The notes under the pieces are model-generated. The model saw only the letters and a program-made list of their open reading frames with translations. It was not told the origin of the DNA and did no database searches. From Spirulina sp. (GTDB lineage: Bacteria; Cyanobacteriota; Cyanobacteriia; Phormidesmidales; Phormidesmidaceae), in assembly GCA_044070495.1 (NCBI GenBank), contig JBIPSI010000014.1:1-64000 (forward strand): DNA of 64,000 nucleotides, written 5' to 3'. This document shows, piece by piece, positions 1 to 7,204 of the stretch (within the stretch, counting starts at the first letter, position 1; the number at the start of each line of letters is the position of its first letter). The position numbers and the translations under genes are program-made.

Positions 1-118
1 GATGGGGTTCGTATCGGTCGATGAACTGACGGCCACAGGCCACGCAAATGTGATTTTGCTTACCCTGCTTTTTCCCATTCTTACGGATATGGGTGCCACC
101 GCATTCAGGACACTGCAT
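1..118 (-). CDS. IS1-family transposase, InsA-like N-terminus (partial)
   Basis: Manual translation MQCPECGGTHIRKNGKKQGKQNHICVACGRQFIDRYEPH has the CxxC...KNG...Q...CxxCGRQF signature; not in ORF track because truncated. Confidence 0.85.
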   Translation of the reverse strand, partial: MQCPECGGTHIRKNGKKQGKQNHICVACGRQFIDRYEPH

Positions 119-158
119 CCCTATACCTCCTCACTTCATACTCCAATTATGCAACGCC
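1..158 (-). mobile_element. Left end of an IS1-family insertion sequence (continues beyond window start)
   Basis: Minus strand begins GGCGTTGCATAATTGGAG at 158 (IS1-like terminus), followed by GAGGAGG RBS and an InsA-like zinc-ribbon ORF. Confidence 0.8.
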
Positions 159-315
159 GTTTTTGGTGATGTATGTGTTTCTCAAGGTAAATGGCTGGGA
201 TCTGAATGCGCCAGAGCCGGAGGTGGTGTTGATGATGCAGGCACTGGCGGCGGGAGATTTATTGGAAGTGCAGTTGGCACAGTGGCTTGAGCAATATTCT
301 TCAAGGTCAGGATAG
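159..315 (+). pseudogene. doc: 3' fragment of a death-on-curing (Doc/Fic) toxin gene interrupted by IS1
   Basis: Frame from 160: FLVMYVFLKVNGWDLNAPEPEVVLMMQALAAGDLLEVQLAQWLEQYSSRSG* resembles the Doc C-terminus that follows HPFxDGNKRTA; abuts the IS end. Confidence 0.7.
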
Positions 316-464
316 CCCTGGTGTGGAGGTTATCCCGCTAAGTGGGATTCGGATGGCAATTGTCAATTGCTACCCCGCATCGGCTGCGATCGCTTTGCAA
401 ATAGCAGTTGATTAGGAGTGGCGATCGCGTAGTTTCAATAGTAAGAACGTAAAGCGGCAATAAT

Positions 465-734
465 CTACGGAAATACTCGATAGATTTCTCTTCGATGACG
501 TACCCTTGCAAATGTAATGGCGTCATCTTCAAAGAAAAAGCCGATACGATAATCACCGACTCGAATCCGATAGGCGTTATCCTCCTCTTTCAGCTTCTTC
601 AAATTAGGAATTTGCTCCAAGTGGTCATAAGAGGGAAGATCCTCAAAGACCAAGGTTTTAATTCGTCTATAACTCGGGCTACTTTTCAACGATTTGAGGT
701 CTTTAATGAAGCTGGGTAAATACTTAACCTTCAT
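465..734 (-). CDS. RelE/ParE-family type II toxin
   Basis: 89 aa basic protein with KKLK...YRIRVGDYRIGF...HRREIYR motif. Confidence 0.9.
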   Translation of the reverse strand: MKVKYLPSFIKDLKSLKSSPSYRRIKTLVFEDLPSYDHLEQIPNLKKLKEEDNAYRIRVGDYRIGFFFEDDAITFARVRHRREIYRVFP

Positions 735-958
735 TAATTATCACTCTCCAAGTCTTTTAGCGCATCTCCTCGACTGAGGGGGGTTTCGTGGCGTACCGCT
801 TGCATGGCCTGGTAGAGCCCTTCGTCATCCAGTGCTTCTAAGAGGTGCTGATAATCACTCAGGTTTAGAACTACTTTCTGAATTTGCCCGGTATTGTCCA
901 TGACAAACTCCTGGACGAATGGATAGTCTTCTGCAGAGAGGGACTGGCTGATGGACAT
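734..958 (-). CDS. Putative antitoxin
   Basis: 74 aa acidic protein (YQHLLEALDDEGL) directly upstream of the RelE gene; stop and start overlap (TAATG). Confidence 0.8.
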   Translation of the reverse strand: MSISQSLSAEDYPFVQEFVMDNTGQIQKVVLNLSDYQHLLEALDDEGLYQAMQAVRHETPLSRGDALKDLESDN

Positions 959-1084
959 TGATTCAGGCTCGGTTTGTGGATATTCGGATGCAGATATGGG
1001 ATGTGGTTTGATTATAGGCTGATCCAGTAGTGGAACGGCGGGTTGGCTCTACCTGCATTTCGGTAGAGCCAGAAGGGTTGTGAG

Positions 1085-1115
1085 TGTTGGGTTTCCTTCG
1101 CTGCACCCAACCTAC
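1085..1115. repeat. REP-like palindromic element (…CACCCAACCTAC)
   Basis: TGTTGGGT...CACCCAACCTAC; related copies at 35259-35343 and about 45831-45850. Confidence 0.65.
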
Positions 1116-1132
1116 GGAGAAGGGCGATCGCA

Positions 1133-3103
1133 CTATTGAAAAGCCTGTCTAAATTTCGGATTGTACCGTGGGTCATTCCTGTCCCAGTACATAGGATGAC
1201 TTCCACTTAATTGGCTAGGTTGCTGATACTCAGGTGCATTCGCGCCTGATGCGTTCGACTTGTCCCGCCTCTCTAATCCGTGGTAAGTCGTTAGCTGTTG
1301 ATTCCACGCTCGGTTCGTTCCTGGACTTTGCGTGTGACCAGTTTGGTTAAAATGCACGCTTGCACCCATATCATGGCCAAATACGACATTTCCGTGTCCC
1401 TGCATAAACACAGGATCCTGCGTCCTGCTGTTTGGTGAATAGGTAATGAAGTTGCGATTTGGCGATAATAACCAATCTTCTCTCGATGGCCACCTGTTTG
1501 GGTCGTACGGCGTATTTGCCCCTCCTTCTAAGAGGTCTAGTCCGATTGCCGAATCGTGCGGCGGATTGTTATAACCGAATAGCGCCCTCCGATTTGGGCG
1601 GGTTACACTCAATTTCTTTATAAATGCGTTTATCTCTCTTTCATCTTGTATCGTCAATAAGCTGTTTGTCAGAGGATGGATTCCAGCCTCCCGCCACATT
1701 CTCAAACTTTTCGCTACACGGGTCTTCGTATCGTCTGACCAATTCGTTGGATCCGTCTGCTCGGTGTCGATGGTAATCGTTCCATATGGGAATTTGAACG
1801 CTTGTATCGACGGTGGATTCATCCGAACTTTCACTTCGACCCTACCCTCACCGTGCACGATCTTTTCTTTACTCGTCTCCCCTACTTCTGCCAGATCCTC
1901 TCCTGCCCTGTCCTCCCTGTCCACTCGCATTTCGTGCGTGGACTCAGCTCCTGCCTTTTGTGCTCCAGTATCTTCTTGTTGAGTCGGTAGCCACGGTTGC
2001 TTATGCTCGGGCCACCTCAGCACCACTGGCTGCACTTCGCTTGCCCCAACCCACGATTTCTTTTCGGTGAGTGAGCCGCTAGTGAGTGTCGGGTTGATGG
2101 GGAGCGACCGACCTCCCATCGCATTCGTTTGCCTCTCCTCTCCCATTCGTGCTTCTTGCAATGCAGACCCTGGCTGTCGGTTTGATTTGTGATCCAGTTG
2201 CGATCGCTGTACCGCCCCCCCATTCTGCTGCACCACATGGGTCAATTCGTGGGCAATCAACTCTTGCCCACCGCGATTTTCCGGTTGATAAGCACCCTGG
2301 CGAAAGAAAATATCCTGTCCTGTGGTAAATGCCTTCGCTTGGATCGAACGATTGAGTTGGTCAGACTGACTATCGGTATGTACGCGCACACCGCTGAAGT
2401 CGGCCCCCATGGCTTGGCCCATTTGCATCTGCAAGGTAGACGCTAGGGCTTGTCCATTTCCCCTAGCCCGCTGAATTCCAGCTTCTAGGTCGGGCGAAGC
2501 ATTCCCTTCTACAACGCCTTCAGAGAAGGCCGATTTCATTTGCAGTTTTACTCCAGGGGGCATTGCTGACCGCTGAGGCATTGGTTTCATCTGTAGTCCA
2601 TCGTCTTCAGACATTTCTAGCCGCTGAATCATCGGCTTCATTTGTAATTCGTCTTCTTCGTCGGGTAGGGTTTCCCGCTGAAGCGTTGACTTCATTTTCA
2701 AGACAGGTTGCTCTGGCCAAGCCTGTCGTTGCACAGATTGGGCTTGATAGGTTCGATTTTCGTTAGGCGGATTGGCCGTAGGCGCATGAATGCGCTGCAC
2801 CACCTGAGCCGCCACGCGGTCGGCTTCTTGCTCATACTTGTCATTGGGTGCGCCGATGGTGAGTTTGGGTTGTAGGGGTGGGGGCGATCCACCCGCCGCC
2901 CGAATCTGAAAATTCAGCTTGGGAAAGGTGGGGGCGCTGTCTAGGGCGGGGGCATTGGGGGCCGCTAGGTCGAGAGCCTGGACATCAGAAGCCGCTACAT
3001 CCGTCTGGGGTGCAAAGGGGCGCGGAGCCATCGCCTGTGATGGGGCGGCAACAGGTGATGGGGCTGATTTTTTCTGAAAACCCGGTTGCGACGGCTGAGC
3101 CAT
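1133..3103 (-). CDS. DUF4157 (eCIS core domain) protein with C-terminal putative nuclease toxin domain
   Basis: LQPKLTIGAPNDKYEQEADRVA, LQMKP..QR repeats, MGADFSGVRVHTD...AKAFTTGQDIFF...LIAHELTHVVQQ; tip GH...HFN..GH...NR.WN...Y.GLE...SN.SG. Confidence 0.9.
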   Translation of the reverse strand: MAQPSQPGFQKKSAPSPVAAPSQAMAPRPFAPQTDVAASDVQALDLAAPNAPALDSAPTFPKLNFQIRAAGGSPPPLQPKLTIGAPNDKYEQEADRVAAQVVQRIHAPTANPPNENRTYQAQSVQRQAWPEQPVLKMKSTLQRETLPDEEDELQMKPMIQRLEMSEDDGLQMKPMPQRSAMPPGVKLQMKSAFSEGVVEGNASPDLEAGIQRARGNGQALASTLQMQMGQAMGADFSGVRVHTDSQSDQLNRSIQAKAFTTGQDIFFRQGAYQPENRGGQELIAHELTHVVQQNGGAVQRSQLDHKSNRQPGSALQEARMGEERQTNAMGGRSLPINPTLTSGSLTEKKSWVGASEVQPVVLRWPEHKQPWLPTQQEDTGAQKAGAESTHEMRVDREDRAGEDLAEVGETSKEKIVHGEGRVEVKVRMNPPSIQAFKFPYGTITIDTEQTDPTNWSDDTKTRVAKSLRMWREAGIHPLTNSLLTIQDEREINAFIKKLSVTRPNRRALFGYNNPPHDSAIGLDLLEGGANTPYDPNRWPSREDWLLSPNRNFITYSPNSRTQDPVFMQGHGNVVFGHDMGASVHFNQTGHTQSPGTNRAWNQQLTTYHGLERRDKSNASGANAPEYQQPSQLSGSHPMYWDRNDPRYNPKFRQAFQ

Positions 3104-3232
3104 AGCGCACCTCTAAGCACAGTTAGGATGTCCTATTGTTTCATGATGAGTGGGGTTGTGCGGCTAGACAATGGTCGAATATTGGCGTTGCCGGGGCACG
3201 TCAGATGGGGGTTGAAGGTGGGGATAAGCTGG

Positions 3233-5197
3233 TCACACCCAGCCTTTTACTTCGGTATCGGTGAGGGGGCGTTCGAGTTTGAGGTATTCGCTGCGGGCGG
3301 CTTGCAGCAGGTGGGCCATGGCGATGGGTTGGTCGGCATCGGCGGCGAGGAAGGCGGCGTTGAGGGCGATGTTGCGGATGTTGCCGCCGGGGACATTAAG
3401 GCGGGCCAGTTTGGCAAAATCCAAGTCAGCCTGGGGCGCTTGGGGGGGGAAGCTGCGCCGCCAAATTTCCGTGCGCTGGGCCACATCCGGGAAGGGGAAC
3501 TGCACCACGAAGCGAATCCGGCGTAGGAAGGCTTGGTCGAGGGAGGCTTTCAGGTTGGTGGTGAGGATGGCCAAGCCCCGGTAGGCTTCCATGCGTTGTA
3601 GTAGGTAGCTCACTTCTAGGTTGGCGTGGCGGTCGTGGGAGTCTTTGACTTCGGTGCGTTTGCCAAAGAGGGCATCGGCCTCGTCGAAGAGCAGCACCAC
3701 GCCGCTGCCCTCGGCGGCATCGAACACCCGGCGCAGGTTTTTCTCGGTTTCGCCGATGTATTTACTGACCACGGCACTGAGGTCGATGCGATAGACATCC
3801 AAATCTAGGGCATGGCCCAAAATTTCGGCGGAGAGGGTTTTGCCCGTGCCGCTGGCCCCGGCAAAGAGGGCGCTGATGCCTAGGCCGCGTTGTCCCTTAT
3901 CGGCAAAGCCCCACTGTTCGTAGACCTTGGCCCGCTGGCGCACGTGGGCGGCCACTTCCTTGAGGATGGCCATTTCTCGGTCGGGCAGCACCAGATCGTC
4001 CCAGGTGGCGGCGGGCTGGATACGTTCGGCGAGGGCATCGAGTTGGGGGCGAGCCTGGGTGCGGCAGGCTTGCCAAAGGGCGTTGGCAAGGTCGGTGTCG
4101 GCGTGACCTTGCACGGTGTAGCAGGCGGTTTCAATGGCGTCTCGGCTGAGGTTGAAGTGGGACACTAAACGGTTGAGGTGGCCATTCAACGCGGCGACTT
4201 GATCCCCCAATTGTTCTGACCAAATCTGCCGCTGTTCCTGGGGCGAGGGCAGGGGCACCTCCTGGGCCACCTGAGGCCGCTGGCTGGGGGCGCGTCGTTC
4301 TGGGGCCGTCAACATTAGGGGCGCACCAAGGGCATCCACCAGGTAGACCATGGCCCCATCCCGTTCTGGGCTGGGGTGTTCGGTGTCACCAGAGAGCAGC
4401 AGCACCCGCCGATGCAGTTGCCATTCCCGTTCCCACAGCTTGCCCAGGGATTGTACCTGGGCCGGGTCGGTGGGTAGGGCAGTAGCCGCCAGGGTCCACA
4501 GTTCTAGGCCGAGCAGATCGCCTAGGGCCGCAGCGGTGGCAACCAAGCTAGATCGATCTCGTCCCCAGAGGTGAATTAGGGGCAGGGGCCGCTGGGCCTG
4601 GGAGGCCGACACCCAAGTTTGGGCCAGGGAGGTTGCTAGGCGATGGTGCGCCTCAATGATGGGCTCCGGAAAGATCCGCTTAGCCCCCAGCCCCAGCAAA
4701 CGTTCGTGGAGGGAATGGTGACCCATGAGGTCGTGCAGAATTTGCTCATCCAGCCGTAGGGGGCTGTCTACTAGGGCATTGCCGGGGCCAATCTCCACAA
4801 CTTGCCAGCGACGCAGGGGGGCATTGGGGGGCAAGGCTGTCCAGTGGGCATCGGGGCTAAGGGCGAGGGCCAAGCTCCAGGTGGGGTAGGGGCGATGGGG
4901 GGGCACGGCGGCACAGAGGGCGGGCCATTGGGGATCAAGCTCCAGGCCCAGGCAGAGCAATACCACCTGGCGCTCGAAGGCGGAAAGACCGAGGTGGCGG
5001 CAGAGGTGATCGAGGGTGGGGGAGTGGGGAGTGGGGAGTGGGGTGTCGGGAGTGGAAATTGGGGTGTCGGCGGGGGCGAGAGCCTGGAGACGCTGGTGGA
5101 GGGCGGCCACTTCGGCCTGGAGGGCTTGGTCGTTTGTGGAGGAATCCTCTAGGGTGATGGTGGCGGACAAGGGATGGGAATCGGCGGGGAAAGTCAT
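3233..5197 (-). CDS. AAA+ ATPase, eCIS Afp15/Pvc15-like
   Basis: Walker A GASGTGKT, Walker B LLFDEAD, VVSKYIGETEKNL, HDRHANLEVSYLLQRME; start moved to ATG 5197 so it does not overlap the upstream gene. Confidence 0.9.
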   Translation of the reverse strand: MTFPADSHPLSATITLEDSSTNDQALQAEVAALHQRLQALAPADTPISTPDTPLPTPHSPTLDHLCRHLGLSAFERQVVLLCLGLELDPQWPALCAAVPPHRPYPTWSLALALSPDAHWTALPPNAPLRRWQVVEIGPGNALVDSPLRLDEQILHDLMGHHSLHERLLGLGAKRIFPEPIIEAHHRLATSLAQTWVSASQAQRPLPLIHLWGRDRSSLVATAAALGDLLGLELWTLAATALPTDPAQVQSLGKLWEREWQLHRRVLLLSGDTEHPSPERDGAMVYLVDALGAPLMLTAPERRAPSQRPQVAQEVPLPSPQEQRQIWSEQLGDQVAALNGHLNRLVSHFNLSRDAIETACYTVQGHADTDLANALWQACRTQARPQLDALAERIQPAATWDDLVLPDREMAILKEVAAHVRQRAKVYEQWGFADKGQRGLGISALFAGASGTGKTLSAEILGHALDLDVYRIDLSAVVSKYIGETEKNLRRVFDAAEGSGVVLLFDEADALFGKRTEVKDSHDRHANLEVSYLLQRMEAYRGLAILTTNLKASLDQAFLRRIRFVVQFPFPDVAQRTEIWRRSFPPQAPQADLDFAKLARLNVPGGNIRNIALNAAFLAADADQPIAMAHLLQAARSEYLKLERPLTDTEVKGWV

Positions 5198-5210
5198 GGG
5201 CTGGTATCCG

Positions 5211-6671
5211 TCATGGGGCAGCGTCTGTGTTGGATGAGACATAGGCTTGGCGGGCCTGCCTTGCCCGTTGCAAAAGCTGGAGTAGGTTTTTGGTGGTTTC
5301 ATCCTGCACCGTGCCATACTCGGCAATCTCGGCTCGTAGAGAGGCCACCTGTTCCGATAGCCCCTGTTCGCGGCTCATCACCACTAGGGCCATGTCCTCA
5401 AACAGCATGGCCAGCTCCCCTAGTTCGTCGGGGCGGCGGGCCACGGCAGCAAGATCATCGGCAGGGTACTGATTCTGCTTGACTTCGTTGGCGGTTTGCG
5501 ACAACCGCTGAATGGGTCGGGTCAGCCAGCGGGAGAGGGCCACACTCAGCAGGGTCACGGCTCCTGTGATGGCCAACCCCCACCACAGGGTACGACGGGC
5601 ATTTTGGTAAATTTCCCCGGCAAAGTCGGCTTCTGGAACGGTGACCACCATCAGCCAGTTGAGGTTGTCGTGGCGGAAGGGGCGAATTTCTACCCAGTGG
5701 CGTTGACCATTAAGGGTGATCAAAATCGACTTTTGGGCATCGGGATCGGTCAGTTCAATGGCGTTTTGGGCAAGGTATTGAGCGGTCGCCTGAATCTGAG
5801 GATCTGGGCTGTCCTGGGCTTGGAGACGCACCGCCCGCCCCGACGTATCCGCCTCAAAGGGTAATCCTTGGGACACCGCCACCAATTCCCCCCGGTTGCT
5901 GGGGTTGAGATCCACAATAAAGGCCTTGCCGTTCTCGCTCACCTTGAGGCTGTTGAGAAACTGACTGAGGGATTCCAGATACACATCCACGGCTATCACC
6001 CCCGGCACCTCGCCCGCCACTGTGGGTAATGGGGCCGCCCGCGTCAGGGTTAAGTCGGGTGGATTGGCCGAATAGTAAACCTCTGTCCACAGGCTTTGCT
6101 GGCTGGCCTGGGCATCTTTATACCATTGACGTTGGCGAGGATCGTAGGGTTGCATGACTGGGTCGCCCACCGGGTCGCCCTGGTCATTGAGGGTATAGGC
6201 TTGGCGACTATCTCCCGTGCTGGCATCTCGGCGGGCGTAGCGAAAGGTGCCGTTGGGCAGTCGCCCCATCAGGATAAAATCACCGCGCTGGTCGCCATAG
6301 TACACCGCATCCACAACGTTGGAATATTGCATCAAATGCCAGAAATATTGGCGCATTCGTTCTAGATCATCGGCCCGCAGCCCTCCCGCTATCATTTCCA
6401 TTTCCACGAGATCGGCCAACTGCGCCGTTTGGGTAATGTGATCGTCTAGGCGCTGTTCAATGCGGTTTGTGACCTCGGTGTTGATGGTGTTAATGAGCTT
6501 AGCTACCGCCGCCCGACTGGTATAGAAGGCCAAGGTTCCCGTCAGGCCAATTCCCATCACCAAGGGCACCAGCATCATCAGGGGTAATGTCCACCGGATC
6601 GACAGCCAACGTTTCACCGTCGGTCGAGATGCAGGGGATTGAAGAGACGGGGTTACAACGTTTGATGCCAT
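5211..6671 (-). CDS. Membrane protein with Cache and HAMP domains, no output domain
   Basis: TM1, YDPRQRQWY Cache motif, second Cache lobe (WLMVVTVPE), TM2, HAMP (RPIQRL...RPDELGELAMLF), short coiled-coil tail. Confidence 0.85.
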   Translation of the reverse strand: MASNVVTPSLQSPASRPTVKRWLSIRWTLPLMMLVPLVMGIGLTGTLAFYTSRAAVAKLINTINTEVTNRIEQRLDDHITQTAQLADLVEMEMIAGGLRADDLERMRQYFWHLMQYSNVVDAVYYGDQRGDFILMGRLPNGTFRYARRDASTGDSRQAYTLNDQGDPVGDPVMQPYDPRQRQWYKDAQASQQSLWTEVYYSANPPDLTLTRAAPLPTVAGEVPGVIAVDVYLESLSQFLNSLKVSENGKAFIVDLNPSNRGELVAVSQGLPFEADTSGRAVRLQAQDSPDPQIQATAQYLAQNAIELTDPDAQKSILITLNGQRHWVEIRPFRHDNLNWLMVVTVPEADFAGEIYQNARRTLWWGLAITGAVTLLSVALSRWLTRPIQRLSQTANEVKQNQYPADDLAAVARRPDELGELAMLFEDMALVVMSREQGLSEQVASLRAEIAEYGTVQDETTKNLLQLLQRARQARQAYVSSNTDAAP

Positions 6672-6726
6672 AGGATCATGTCCTCCGCTGATGGACTGAG
6701 ATTGGGGGCAGGACTAGGGAAATGGG

Positions 6727-7119
6727 CTACGGAATTTGCACAGTGAACTGCCCCGGATTGAGGATAGAAATCACCCCGGCCCAGGCACACATGCATTTGC
6801 TGCTGTTGTTCAAAGCGGGAAAGGTACCCAGCAACACCGTGGGCGATCCTGGTGCCCAGGGGGCCACCGTCACCGGAATGCAGGGCATGGGGGTGAGGAC
6901 TCCAAGGGCCGCCGCCGTTGCCGCCGCCACCGTGGGATTGGCTATGGACGTACACATCCCGAAGGGCAGAATGTTGACCATCGGGGCAAAATCCATAATG
7001 CTCGCAGCCAGTGGCCCCCCAGCCATCGTCGGTGGCCCCTTGGGAATCACCATCAACGCACTAGGCGCTACCCCAAAGGAACATTGCAACGTTGCTCCCA
7101 TCACCACCTGTATGCCCAT
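6727..7119 (-). CDS. DUF4280 PAAR-like spike-tip protein
   Basis: GATLQCSFG...NILPFGMC...PMPCIP...W.PG...SKCMCAWAGVISI. Confidence 0.9.
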   Translation of the reverse strand: MGIQVVMGATLQCSFGVAPSALMVIPKGPPTMAGGPLAASIMDFAPMVNILPFGMCTSIANPTVAAATAAALGVLTPMPCIPVTVAPWAPGSPTVLLGTFPALNNSSKCMCAWAGVISILNPGQFTVQIP

Positions 7120-7204
7120 CGTTAATTACCCTCGGTTTTGGTGGGCGGGGAAACCCCACCCCTACGGTTGGTTGGATTTGGCCTATCCCCTATCCCCTAA
7201 TTCC

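Noticed and set aside
1012..1206. 64-aa ORF as immunity protein for the DUF4157 toxin
   Set aside because: Overlaps the toxin 3' end, runs through a REP element, has no evident RBS and no recognisable family.
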